A stretch of DNA of 64,000 nucleotides from IMG/VR virus record IMGVR_UViG_3300028571_000009. The stretch is one strand, 5' to 3'. The DNA is from a virus. The notes under the pieces are model-generated. The model was not told the origin of the DNA and did no database searches. It worked only from the letters and a program-made list of their open reading frames with translations. Below are positions 38,411-48,136 of the stretch, piece by piece (position 1 is the stretch's first letter; the number at the start of each line of letters is the position of its first letter). A program made the position numbers and the translations under genes.

Positions 38411-39259
38411 ATGAAGAAATTAGCTATCGTAGCAATTGGTTGGCACTATCCATCCGCGTTCTATGAAGTAATGGCACAACAGGAACTGCCTGCGGGTTGG
38501 GGGTATGAGCTGTTCGTTATCGGACATAGAGACCCGAAGTATGCAATTGGAGAGAAGCGTATCGCACCATCTGATGATTTACTAAATTATCTAGATTATA
38601 AACTATATGAAAAACCGGTTACACTCGAATTTCTAGAAGCTTTGCACTGGACATATGTATCAGGAGTCAGCGGCTGCGAATGGCAAGGGGCAAATTTATG
38701 GCTAGAAAAATATAATCATACGGAATATGATACGATTGTATTCTGTGGCGACGATGCGTTAGTGATATCAAATAATCTATGTGCTGATGTATTGAATGGT
38801 AAATGTACTTTGTACAATAACATAAAGCGAGGTGATAAATGGGTCGTAGGAATTACGGAAGATACTAATGATTGGCTAGTCGTGTCAAATGCGAGACAGC
38901 CCCGCGGGCTTTGTATTAGGGGTTCGTTTGAGTTTTTCAAGAGTGAATTGATTACCGCCATAGGTGGTAAATTCGATTTATCGACAGTTACATTAGATAG
39001 ACGTACCGAGACATCGACTCCGACTGACTACAATACATTAGTTAATTGGAATAACCATCTCGGACCGTTTATTCAAAAAATGATTGAGTTGGGGTTGTAT
39101 GACAAAATAAGGTTCTTATCAGATAACTATAGAGCTAGTGATTACATAGTTGAATGTGAGCGCGGTTTGTTATCTAATATGCGAACATTGGCATCGGATT
39201 ACATAGATAAAATTAATGAATTACATAATTTAGGCAAATTTAATCGATTTATATCATGA
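38411..39259 (+). CDS. GT-A-like hypothetical protein
   Basis: FCGDD, IRGSFEFF; context in GT island. Confidence 0.45.
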   Translation: MKKLAIVAIGWHYPSAFYEVMAQQELPAGWGYELFVIGHRDPKYAIGEKRIAPSDDLLNYLDYKLYEKPVTLEFLEALHWTYVSGVSGCEWQGANLWLEKYNHTEYDTIVFCGDDALVISNNLCADVLNGKCTLYNNIKRGDKWVVGITEDTNDWLVVSNARQPRGLCIRGSFEFFKSELITAIGGKFDLSTVTLDRRTETSTPTDYNTLVNWNNHLGPFIQKMIELGLYDKIRFLSDNYRASDYIVECERGLLSNMRTLASDYIDKINELHNLGKFNRFIS

Positions 39260-40002
39260 AGAACATAGTATTTATTCCGGCGGTTGTTATACCAGGTATG
39301 GAAACCCGGTCGGCCTCCTATGAATGGGGTATAAAGAGTTGGAAAGTTTGGTGTGACAAAAATGATTGTGAGCTATTTATACTCTCTGAATTGCTGTGTC
39401 CGGTTGAAACGATGAAAATAACGTGGCAACGATATTATGTATTCGATTTGCTAGAAGCTTCAGGCATAGACTATGCGCAGGTACTGATGGTAGATGCTGA
39501 TACAGTAATTCATCCGGACTGTCCTAATTTCTTTAATTTAACTGATAATAAATTTACGGGGGTTGCGGTCGATGGTAGCTATGATTGGTTATTTCGTAGT
39601 ATGGAAAATTATTCTAAACATTTATTTAATGATAAATGGTTTAACTTCTGGGAGTATTATCAGGGCGGGTTTCAAATAGTAAACGTCGCACATAAACCAT
39701 TCTATAAGAGCATACTTAATTTTTATATAGAGAATAAACCGTTAATCGACCAATTACAAACATTTCATGTAGGGACCGACCAACCGGTTGTAAATTTTTT
39801 ACTTCGTGAACATAACATAGATTTAAAGTTATTAGATTGGACGTTCAGTATGTCAGATATTGCCAATAAGGAACTTTTAGATGATGAATTAACTTTTACA
39901 TCCATACCCGGAGTATATCAATTTAATGCTATACCGAATAACGTAAATAACATGTTGACCCATAAATTTATGGAGGCGGCATACAAAAAATTGTATTTAT
40001 GA
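39256..40002 (+). CDS. GT8/GT34-like glycosyltransferase
   Basis: MVDAD, GGF, GTDQPVVN. Confidence 0.7.
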   Translation: MKNIVFIPAVVIPGMETRSASYEWGIKSWKVWCDKNDCELFILSELLCPVETMKITWQRYYVFDLLEASGIDYAQVLMVDADTVIHPDCPNFFNLTDNKFTGVAVDGSYDWLFRSMENYSKHLFNDKWFNFWEYYQGGFQIVNVAHKPFYKSILNFYIENKPLIDQLQTFHVGTDQPVVNFLLREHNIDLKLLDWTFSMSDIANKELLDDELTFTSIPGVYQFNAIPNNVNNMLTHKFMEAAYKKLYL

Positions 40003-40802
40003 ACATAGTGTTTTGGATAGGTGTTAAATCACCTAATATCGATATGGTTAACGCCCGTGGATATGGTGATTATTCATGGATGGAATACTCTAGAAAAACT
40101 TGGGAATATTGGTGCGGTAAAAATAATTGCCTATTCGTTCCATACGAGCAGACGTCTGATGAAAATCATTCTAAGATAAAGATTAATTGGCAACGGTGGT
40201 TTGATGTATTTGATTATATAAAATCTAAAGGTATTACCGATTATGACCAGATATTATTGGTTGATGCCAGTATAATGGTAAAATGGGACGCACCTAATAT
40301 GTTCGATATATCAGAGCATAAATTTTGTGCGCTGACAGGTACTGAGAATTTAGCGTGGACGATGAAGAGTAAGGACGGGTATCTAGATTTATTCCCGAAT
40401 ACGCGATTCAGGGTCATCGACTACTTCGCATCAGGTTTTTGTATCTTTAATAAAGACCATGAACCGTTTTTAAAGAAATTCAAAGATTTCTACTATAACA
40501 ATATTGATGCTATACTAGATAAGGAGGACGTGACAATTAAGCGCGGGCGTGACCAACCGGTATTAAATTATTTTCTTCGAAGTGAACATGTTGAATTCAA
40601 GATGTTACCAATTGTATACGGTGTAAATCACATGTATAGGCGACAGGTTTTAGGTCATAATTGGCAATTGAATATCGACACTACACCGTTTTTTATAAAG
40701 TACTTTTACACGTGGATTTATAGCGGGTGGAGTGACAGAGGTAACACTAGAACACAATTAATGAAGCAGACTTGGGATGCCGTAAAACATAACTACATAT
40801 GA
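39999..40802 (+). CDS. GT8/GT34-like glycosyltransferase (paralog)
   Basis: LVDAS, SGF, RDQPVLN. Confidence 0.7.
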   Translation: MNIVFWIGVKSPNIDMVNARGYGDYSWMEYSRKTWEYWCGKNNCLFVPYEQTSDENHSKIKINWQRWFDVFDYIKSKGITDYDQILLVDASIMVKWDAPNMFDISEHKFCALTGTENLAWTMKSKDGYLDLFPNTRFRVIDYFASGFCIFNKDHEPFLKKFKDFYYNNIDAILDKEDVTIKRGRDQPVLNYFLRSEHVEFKMLPIVYGVNHMYRRQVLGHNWQLNIDTTPFFIKYFYTWIYSGWSDRGNTRTQLMKQTWDAVKHNYI

Positions 40803-41755
40803 AAACTAAATTTGCAATAGGATGTCTGATTCAATGGTATGAAGTAGAAATTGTACATGAGTACATATCAACACTGTACGCAGCAATCAAAAAATACGGT
40901 TCATCCGACGTACATATTGATATCGTAGTAAACACAGGTCAAACTCTAGAACATTGTAGTACTGACTTGCCGAGTATAATCGAAAAGATTAATAGAGCAA
41001 TTCATCAGAGCCTTAACTTGAGCCCCCACCTACGCGTTAGATGGCTTAGTGATTCTGAGTATACGATTGCGTTGTATCGACGAGAGTTTAACAATGAATG
41101 GTGCGATAAGGCAGACGTGCTGGTATGGGGAGAGACCGATATGCTGGTTCCGAAGGATATGTTTGTACTTTTGGATTCGCTTCACGTATCACAATCAAGT
41201 ACACACCCGAAATATATAGCTACATTTGGTATATGTAAAATGTGGGATACCTCGTGGAAGCCATTAGAACACGTTGAGTTCACTGACAAACCGTTTATTG
41301 AAAATGATTATGTTAATTGGTGGTCGTTAAAGTATACGATGTCAGCCGAGGAGATGCATAAATTTAATGATGCTGTAGAAATACCTGAGGTGCGAATCCT
41401 GCCGAAGCATAAGTTTAATGGGTGCGGGCTAGTTATATCATCAGAAGTCATTAAAGCAGGAGTTAATATTCCACAATCAGTCTTTTTTGTGCACGAAGAT
41501 ACGTCGCTATTGATAATGTTAGATAAGATTCTAGGTAATATACCGCAATATCACATTAGCAATATACTTTTAGTACATAACCGTAATCATCCTAAGAAGC
41601 GAATGTATGTAAAAGATGAGAGCGGTGATACACTTAATGAAAAGCGTAGAAGTAATGATTGGTATAAATTAGCTAATCAATATTCAGAACAGAATTGCTA
41701 TAATCTATTTAATACTAATTACAAATCTAAAACCTGGAAAGACGTATGGAAATAG
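40799..41755 (+). CDS. GT-A-like protein
   Basis: WGETD, FNGCG, HEDT, HNR. Confidence 0.5.
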   Translation: MKTKFAIGCLIQWYEVEIVHEYISTLYAAIKKYGSSDVHIDIVVNTGQTLEHCSTDLPSIIEKINRAIHQSLNLSPHLRVRWLSDSEYTIALYRREFNNEWCDKADVLVWGETDMLVPKDMFVLLDSLHVSQSSTHPKYIATFGICKMWDTSWKPLEHVEFTDKPFIENDYVNWWSLKYTMSAEEMHKFNDAVEIPEVRILPKHKFNGCGLVISSEVIKAGVNIPQSVFFVHEDTSLLIMLDKILGNIPQYHISNILLVHNRNHPKKRMYVKDESGDTLNEKRRSNDWYKLANQYSEQNCYNLFNTNYKSKTWKDVWK

Positions 41756-42657
41756 CTTTTTTTACTGAGATGCTTTTTGACAGAAAGATTTCTAGAAACG
41801 ACCCAAATTTACGGACAGAGTTCGCGTGGATGGTTGCATTAGATGCACATCATTATAATTTATCAACGTGTCCGGAGAAGGAATATGATTTGGGTATTCT
41901 TATTTTACCAAAGAAATTATCTACGTTTGATTTCGCGATATTTAGACAATACTGCAACTGTAAGAAAATAGCAGTGATGCAGGAAGGTCCGAATTGGTAC
42001 TGGCAGGATTATGATTTAGCTAAACAAATTTGGTATTTCAATACACTATCAGAGTCGGATATTCTTTTTGTACATAACGAATCAGATAAACAATACTATA
42101 AAGGTCTCACATCGCACGGAGACGTTCGAGTGCTACCATCATTAATGATTGAAGAATCAATTGGCCCGTTAACTGACGAACATAGAAGTGGTGTGATGAT
42201 AGGTGGTAATTTCTGTTCGTGGTATGGTGGATTCGATAGTTTTATTGTCGCACAGGAATTTAAAGAAGCGATATCAGCGCCATCAATGGGAAGAAGAGTC
42301 GAAGGTGAAGAACAATTAATTCAACACTTACCATATCTAACTTGGAAAGATTGGATGCACCAATTGAATAAAGTAAAGTATGGTATACATCTAATGCGAA
42401 CACATGCCGCGGGAACGTTTGCGTTGAATTGTGCATATTTAGGAATTCCGTGCATAGGTTATCGCGGCTTGGATACACAGCAAATATTGCACCCAGACCT
42501 AACAGTCGAAGTAGGTGATTTAGTGTCTGCGAGAAAATTAGCTCAGAAGCTTATGACAGATGAAGAATTTTACTTATATTGTAGTATAGGAGCTAAAGAA
42601 CGATATCAATCCAATTATACAGAAGAAGAATTTAAAAAGAAGTTTTATGCAAATTAG
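41746..42657 (+). CDS. GT-B-like glycosyltransferase
   Basis: HAAGTFALNCAYLGIPCIG. Confidence 0.6.
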   Translation: MEIAFFTEMLFDRKISRNDPNLRTEFAWMVALDAHHYNLSTCPEKEYDLGILILPKKLSTFDFAIFRQYCNCKKIAVMQEGPNWYWQDYDLAKQIWYFNTLSESDILFVHNESDKQYYKGLTSHGDVRVLPSLMIEESIGPLTDEHRSGVMIGGNFCSWYGGFDSFIVAQEFKEAISAPSMGRRVEGEEQLIQHLPYLTWKDWMHQLNKVKYGIHLMRTHAAGTFALNCAYLGIPCIGYRGLDTQQILHPDLTVEVGDLVSARKLAQKLMTDEEFYLYCSIGAKERYQSNYTEEEFKKKFYAN

Positions 42658-43867
42658 TTTTATCATTCCGACCAGGAACAACCTAAAGTATCTCAGATGG
42701 GCATATAATGCTATTAGAGATAATCAAGGCGAACATATAGTAGAACTTTGTGTAGCAGATGATGCATCCACAGACGGTACATGGGAATGGTGTCAGGATA
42801 GAATGGTTAATGATACTCATTTCAAAGCAATAAGAAATGAAGGGCCTGAAAGATTAGGTCATACAATATTATATGACAAGCTCGTTAACGAAGTAGCTAC
42901 GAATGATATCTGCATGATATATCACGCGGATATGTACCTATGTCCCGGTGCACTAGATGACATAGAAAAATATGTTGATAAGAAAACGATTGTATCACTA
43001 ACTAGAATTGAACCGCCACTTCACCCCGATGGACCTGAGAAAGTATTAGCTGATTGGGGCGTAGAACCTGAACAATTCAATGAGAGAGCATTCTTACAAT
43101 GGTTCACTTCACCAGAAGCGGATGGTTATAAACCAAAACATAAATGGCCGACAGCCGGGATATTCGCTCCATGGGCATTTTATAAAAGTGATTTCCAGGA
43201 GATAGGTGGTCATGACCCGTTGTATGCCCCGCAATCAAAAGAAGATTCTGATATCTTCAACAGGTTTATGCTTAATGGTGTGAACTTTGTACAAACTTGG
43301 CAGGGTTGTGTGTATCATATGACTTGCCGCGGTAGTAGATTTAACCCTACGCTGACTACACCAGGTACGAATAGTAAGGAATGGGAAGAACAAAATCAAA
43401 AAAGTACTAAGAACTTTATTCGTAAGTGGGGCAGCTTTGTAAAGCATGATGCTATGATGCAACCTATTGTACCGCATAAGTATAATATTGCGTTTGTAGT
43501 AAATAATTCTGACATTCAATCACTTCAAGTATTGGAACCATGGTGCGATAGATTGTATTTAGACAATGATATGGATTCTGATGTCATTCATTATATAGAA
43601 TCTGAACAGCATAATACTAAGTTTGATTTGACAAAGCGTATATTCATGCAGAGAAATAATGAACCATATGCTGAGAATGATATCGTGGTAGAATTTGATT
43701 TACGGAAATTTAGTCAATTATCATTTAATACAATACAGGAATTACCGGTGCTTCTAGCACAAATACCAGAACCGGGAGTATATGAACTTGACATATTTAA
43801 GATTACAGTAAATCTAATAGAGCCATTAGAGAATACATTAATCAAAATACAAACACAATACAACTAA
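42647..43867 (+). CDS. GT2 glycosyltransferase
   Basis: FIIP.RNN, DDASTDGT, HADM, GGHD, EDSD. Confidence 0.85.
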   Translation: MQISFIIPTRNNLKYLRWAYNAIRDNQGEHIVELCVADDASTDGTWEWCQDRMVNDTHFKAIRNEGPERLGHTILYDKLVNEVATNDICMIYHADMYLCPGALDDIEKYVDKKTIVSLTRIEPPLHPDGPEKVLADWGVEPEQFNERAFLQWFTSPEADGYKPKHKWPTAGIFAPWAFYKSDFQEIGGHDPLYAPQSKEDSDIFNRFMLNGVNFVQTWQGCVYHMTCRGSRFNPTLTTPGTNSKEWEEQNQKSTKNFIRKWGSFVKHDAMMQPIVPHKYNIAFVVNNSDIQSLQVLEPWCDRLYLDNDMDSDVIHYIESEQHNTKFDLTKRIFMQRNNEPYAENDIVVEFDLRKFSQLSFNTIQELPVLLAQIPEPGVYELDIFKITVNLIEPLENTLIKIQTQYN

Positions 43868-44106
43868 TGAAATATTACATAACTCTTCCGGGCGACAAAC
43901 CTAGTGCAATCGCATCAACTAATAATATCTTGGGCGAAACTAGCTTTGACAATTTCTGGGGAGAAAATGGTTTCCGGGCATTACGTAATATAATTAGTAA
44001 ATACCCGGAAGTACTTGAAGATATTAAGATATTCGATGATTTTAAGAAACAGTATTCTGTTGAAGAATTCTTGGATACTATTAAAGGAAAGAAATTAATA
44101 TACTAG
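43867..44106 (+). CDS. hypothetical protein
   Basis: TAATG-coupled. Confidence 0.6.
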   Translation: MKYYITLPGDKPSAIASTNNILGETSFDNFWGENGFRALRNIISKYPEVLEDIKIFDDFKKQYSVEEFLDTIKGKKLIY

Positions 44107-44110
44107 ATTA

Positions 44111-44470
44111 ATGCTAAACTTGTATGAATGGACATGTAGAGAGTATGATGATTGTGTAACTACTCCTGACGATGCTAAACGAATGTTGTTCACGTGTCTA
44201 GAATTAACTAAACATGATGGTGATTGTACCAATCAAAACTATACATGTTCATTATGCTTAGTCGATTGTATATTGAATGAGTATTATACGTATATGCGAG
44301 TTTTTATTGCTCTTAAGGAAATTCAACCAGATTTGGTTGAGCTACACTTAGATAGTAACAATCATGCATGGGTAGTGTTTGAAAATGGTGAAGAAATGAC
44401 GACGTCTGAATTCATTGCTAACTCGCCGACCAAACTACTATTGAAGAAATATGAAACTAACAAATTTTAA
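44111..44470 (+). CDS. hypothetical protein (Cys-containing)
   Basis: Packed ORF. Confidence 0.5.
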   Translation: MLNLYEWTCREYDDCVTTPDDAKRMLFTCLELTKHDGDCTNQNYTCSLCLVDCILNEYYTYMRVFIALKEIQPDLVELHLDSNNHAWVVFENGEEMTTSEFIANSPTKLLLKKYETNKF

Positions 44471-44549
44471 TTCGAACAAATGTATACAAGCACCGCAACC
44501 ATAGAAACTAGCTCTATCACATTCTTAGACCATCAAATTCTTATTTGTT

Positions 44550-44774
44550 ATGGAGTCTAATATAAGTGGTAGTAACTTCTTTAACGACACTGTAGCGGAC
44601 GTATATGAAGCTTTACAGAAAAGCCCAATATATTGGCCAGGTGAAATGTCATACATACATCGAATCGCCCTTGTGGAGCGAATGACCCAGTATTTTGAAG
44701 AGACCGGGCAGTTTGAGAAGTGCCAATATCTAAAGAAAGTACTTGAAGTACTACATACAGAACCAAAAAAATGA
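44550..44774 (+). CDS. hypothetical protein with UvrB/C-like helical hairpin
   Basis: FEETGQFEKCQYL pattern. Confidence 0.5.
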   Translation: MESNISGSNFFNDTVADVYEALQKSPIYWPGEMSYIHRIALVERMTQYFEETGQFEKCQYLKKVLEVLHTEPKK

Positions 44775-44816
44775 TATTTATTATCGAAGATTTTTATTAA
44801 CCAAAACAAAACAGTC

Positions 44817-45008
44817 ATGGAAGAAGTACAAGAATTATTCGCAACAATGCAAGCCAATTGGACAGCATTTGAAACAGAGCACGCAGCATTCTCAGTTAAA
44901 GGGAACAAAGCCGCTGGCGCAAGAGCACGTAAAGCTATACAAGCATTGAAAGCTAGTGTAACTAAGTACAAGCAGGCTTCGGTAGCATCTACCAAGAAAC
45001 CGGTGTAG
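44817..45008 (+). CDS. Hc1-like (histone H1-like) small DNA-binding protein
   Basis: KGNKAAGARARKA, as in Bacteroidota Hc1-like proteins. Confidence 0.75.
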   Translation: MEEVQELFATMQANWTAFETEHAAFSVKGNKAAGARARKAIQALKASVTKYKQASVASTKKPV

Positions 45009-45020
45009 TCAAACCAAAAG

Positions 45021-45070
45021 ATGGAAGATGTGTTCGGGGTTGCGAAAGCGGTTCCGAACACTTTCATTTT
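45021..45070 (+). terminator. intrinsic terminator
   Basis: GTGTTCGG/CCGAACAC stem followed by T-rich tract. Confidence 0.6.
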
Positions 45071-45119
45071 TAAAATATGGTTATGACATTGTTAATTAAA
45101 ACAAACAGTTAAATGGACG

Positions 45120-45365
45120 GTGATAGTTGTAAAGAAATTCAATCAATTCTTAATGTGGCTAAGAACGCCCGTAAACACGATGCAAGCATACTTAATGCTG
45201 GCGATGTTTTTCAACCCCTTTGGTTTCGACGCTATCTTCGCTATGATGATAAAGCTGACAGGCTCATATTGGACAGGGGATATCGCTATGTATTTATTAT
45301 CAGCATTATTTTTTACATTATTCTTATTACGACGTCGTAAGCATAAACAACAAAATTCTGACTAG
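45120..45365 (+). CDS. small membrane protein
   Basis: Two hydrophobic segments, basic tail. Confidence 0.55.
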   Translation: MIVVKKFNQFLMWLRTPVNTMQAYLMLAMFFNPFGFDAIFAMMIKLTGSYWTGDIAMYLLSALFFTLFLLRRRKHKQQNSD

Positions 45366-45417
45366 TTGTGGTTATTTCTTCTTTCGCACTATATTTATAG
45401 AAAAGATATAAAATCTA

Positions 45418-45573
45418 ATGGCAAAGAAAGGCAAATCAGACGGTGGAAGTGCACGGGGTTCATACCAAAACAAACCTACAAAGAAACGTCCGGGCATTCA
45501 TTCTAAGAAACGTACATCGAAAATAAAAACGTCTAAACATTATGTGAAGGCTTCACGTGGTCAAGGTAAATAA
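45418..45573 (+). CDS. small highly basic protein, 51 aa (not in ORF track)
   Basis: MAKKGKSDGG...KKRPGIHSKKRTSK...RGQGK*. Confidence 0.6.
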   Translation: MAKKGKSDGGSARGSYQNKPTKKRPGIHSKKRTSKIKTSKHYVKASRGQGK

Positions 45574-45578
45574 CTAAT

Positions 45579-45950
45579 ATGAATCCAATATCAATCTATC
45601 TTAATAAAGTACATAAGTTTTTTGCAACAGATTTCATGGAATTCGTTGCGGGATATAAAAAATCATATCCTAAAATTAAAGTGTTACAATCTAAGGATGA
45701 TAAAATGTATTACGGATTCTTTCCAGGAGAAACTACTGGTGAATTCAAATACGACAAAGATGATGGAGTTCTATACACTGACCTATCGCAAACACAAGTA
45801 TATCAATTTGTTCGTAAGGGTGCACCAAAGAAAGCCCCTAAAGAAATAAAACTTACACCGGGTGAAAATCCTAACTCACAGTTCAAATCGCAGGACGATA
45901 AATGGAAAAAGGACCTTTACCCAGAAGGACCTAATTGGACAGGTGACTAA
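45579..45950 (+). CDS. hypothetical protein
   Basis: Packed ORF. Confidence 0.55.
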   Translation: MNPISIYLNKVHKFFATDFMEFVAGYKKSYPKIKVLQSKDDKMYYGFFPGETTGEFKYDKDDGVLYTDLSQTQVYQFVRKGAPKKAPKEIKLTPGENPNSQFKSQDDKWKKDLYPEGPNWTGD

Positions 45951-45956
45951 TTAAAT

Positions 45957-45985
45957 TTGGTAAATTCAATCTTAATCGCTATATT
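45957..45985 (+). promoter_or_regulatory. promoter TTGG-N19-TATATT, ATG 6 nt downstream
   Basis: Family consensus. Confidence 0.6.
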
Positions 45986-45991
45986 TAATAT

Positions 45992-46429
45992 ATGGCTGAT
46001 AATTTATTAGTTCGACGTTTTAAGAATACCGGAACGGTACCTAGTACTGTCGACTTCTGGGTATATGACCTAGACTATTCACATAACAGTCCGGTTGCGG
46101 TGTACATTGACGTACTCGAAAAAGTTACTACCGATTCAGTATTAGCGACGTATAGGAAAGAGAGCCGTGGCGTTAAACACAAGAAGGACGTTCCCGCACC
46201 AATTGCTCAGGCGGTACATAAAGTTACTACCAAGGCTATACGTGATAAGTCGCCCAAACCGACTAAAAAGGTTGAGAAGAAAAAGGTACAAAAAAAGCCA
46301 GCAAAACTTATCAAGAAGAGTTCAACCAAAATTCTTAAGAAGAAACCGGTGGAAAAAAAGAAAGATAAGCCAATCAAATCAACTAAGAAAAACATTAATA
46401 AAGTATTTAACCAATTTTTCGGTGATTAA
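45992..46429 (+). CDS. hypothetical protein with Lys-rich C-terminal half
   Basis: KKVEKKKVQKKPAK... tract. Confidence 0.6.
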   Translation: MADNLLVRRFKNTGTVPSTVDFWVYDLDYSHNSPVAVYIDVLEKVTTDSVLATYRKESRGVKHKKDVPAPIAQAVHKVTTKAIRDKSPKPTKKVEKKKVQKKPAKLIKKSSTKILKKKPVEKKKDKPIKSTKKNINKVFNQFFGD

Positions 46430-46453
46430 TCTAACACTAATAGCAATACTAAT

Positions 46454-46834
46454 ATGCAAGGAAAACCTGAAATTACTCACAAGGGCTGTACGCTCATGGA
46501 TATTCGATTTAAAAAAGACACGTACATAGCAACATTTGGTTGCGGAGTACTAAAATTCGACCACATATACATTCCCGTATTCAAAATGGAATCAGTTGTT
46601 AAGGAATATTTCTTACAGTCGGTTGAAAACGTTGGTCGCGATAAATTAATGAATGTCGTATATGACCTTAACCTAACAAAGGGCGGTTACTCAAACGAGT
46701 CCCGTAATGAATTTGTCAAGGCAGTAGCCGATAGATTCTATCTGAACTATATAACTATCTCAGGTGCACTCGATTGTTCTCCGGTAGAAACAAATGGTAC
46801 TGGTACTAAGATAAACAAAGTATTGCACGGGTAA
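46454..46834 (+). CDS. hypothetical protein
   Basis: Packed ORF. Confidence 0.55.
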   Translation: MQGKPEITHKGCTLMDIRFKKDTYIATFGCGVLKFDHIYIPVFKMESVVKEYFLQSVENVGRDKLMNVVYDLNLTKGGYSNESRNEFVKAVADRFYLNYITISGALDCSPVETNGTGTKINKVLHG

Positions 46835-46836
46835 TC

Positions 46837-46865
46837 TTGGATACTTCAAGATTTTACCTTATATT
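46837..46865 (+). promoter_or_regulatory. promoter TTGG-N19-TATATT
   Basis: Family consensus. Confidence 0.6.
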
Positions 46866-46896
46866 TTTATTATTATTTAACAAAACCAATTTAGTT

Positions 46897-47217
46897 ATGT
46901 CCACGAATGTGAAGACTTCTAATGCGTTCTTTGCAGCAACGCAGCTCGAAACCGAGCGAAAAATACTGCGTAATCGCCTTTATAGTACGTTTCAAGGTCT
47001 AACCGACTATCTGAAAGCTACTTACGGTGAAAATTTTGAATACGTAAGACGTCGTACTTATGTAGGACCACGTGTAGCAAACACAAAATTTTGTGGAGCT
47101 AACTGGGGCAACGATGCCACCCAGGTATTAAACTGCATCAATACCCGTTACAAAGGTGTGTTGACAGCGAAAGTTACCGGTCCAAACGAGGATTCGATTA
47201 CAGTATTCATGAACTAA
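46897..47217 (+). CDS. hypothetical protein
   Basis: AGTTATG start behind promoter. Confidence 0.6.
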   Translation: MSTNVKTSNAFFAATQLETERKILRNRLYSTFQGLTDYLKATYGENFEYVRRRTYVGPRVANTKFCGANWGNDATQVLNCINTRYKGVLTAKVTGPNEDSITVFMN

Positions 47218-47272
47218 TCCATTAACGGATTATCTACGGTAGAGCAATACTCTACTCACACGGGCTATTTTT

Positions 47273-47308
47273 AGGGCTACATTTTCGAAAGATTATGTAG
47301 CCCTTTTT
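47273..47308 (+). terminator. intrinsic terminator
   Basis: AGGGCTACAT/ATGTAGCCCT 10-bp stem plus T-tract. Confidence 0.75.
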
Positions 47309-47358
47309 CATTTTTGGTAGTATAAATATGTATTCTTATATTTATAGTAAAGCGGTTT

Positions 47359-47775
47359 ATGAAAAATATTCTAACTAAGTTCTGGGAATTTATTAAGTTA
47401 CATAAGAAATATGTGTTCTTAATACTACTAACAATTATTATAGTATGTGCGGGTATCATTCTATTTGCACCTGCGAAGTCCATGTTTGACGATTTATTAG
47501 GACGAAAGGAAATTAAACGTTTAAAAAAAGAAAAGAGTGAATTGCTTATTATAAGTCAGCAACGATTAGACAGTGCCATATATTATAAGTCCGTAGCTGA
47601 TTCATATACGAAAAATATTGATAGTTCAAAAACCGTAACCATTTACATTAAACAAAAGACAGATGAAGAAGTTAATAACATTAGGTTTGCTCCTGTTGAT
47701 AGCAACATTATCAAGTACACTACCGACCTTGAACAGTATCTCAGCACAAGGACGCTCGGAACTAACCCCGAATGA
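47359..47775 (+). CDS. N-terminally anchored coiled-coil protein (inner-spanin-like)
   Basis: One TM then coiled coil; overlaps next gene by 113 nt. Confidence 0.5.
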   Translation: MKNILTKFWEFIKLHKKYVFLILLTIIIVCAGIILFAPAKSMFDDLLGRKEIKRLKKEKSELLIISQQRLDSAIYYKSVADSYTKNIDSSKTVTIYIKQKTDEEVNNIRFAPVDSNIIKYTTDLEQYLSTRTLGTNPE

Positions 47776-48121
47776 TACTCTTAAAGTAACCGTTCGGTAT
47801 CGTTATATTGTAGCAACTCGTATGCTATATAGAGACTATTGTGGAAAAGCCAAAGAAGCTAATCAACAACTATACACCATACAACAACAGGACCTTAAGA
47901 TTAAGGCGCTTAATAAATCATACACTGAATGCTTCGCAGCCGATAGTGCAAGACGCCAGGCCGGTGTACGAGATTCAATTCTATTGAAGAATAATGAACG
48001 ACAAATAGTTGACCTACGGTTAACTAATATGCAGAATAAAATTGGTAAGATAGCATCGTCTGTATTTGTACCGGTAGCGGCAGTCGTAGGATTCTTAGCG
48101 GGTTGGTATTTACATAAGTAA
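47663..48121 (+). CDS. secreted/membrane coiled-coil protein (spanin partner-like)
   Basis: Signal-like N-terminus, C-terminal TM. Confidence 0.45.
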   Translation: MKKLITLGLLLLIATLSSTLPTLNSISAQGRSELTPNDTLKVTVRYRYIVATRMLYRDYCGKAKEANQQLYTIQQQDLKIKALNKSYTECFAADSARRQAGVRDSILLKNNERQIVDLRLTNMQNKIGKIASSVFVPVAAVVGFLAGWYLHK

Positions 48122-48136
48122 TTTAAAATCAAGTGT

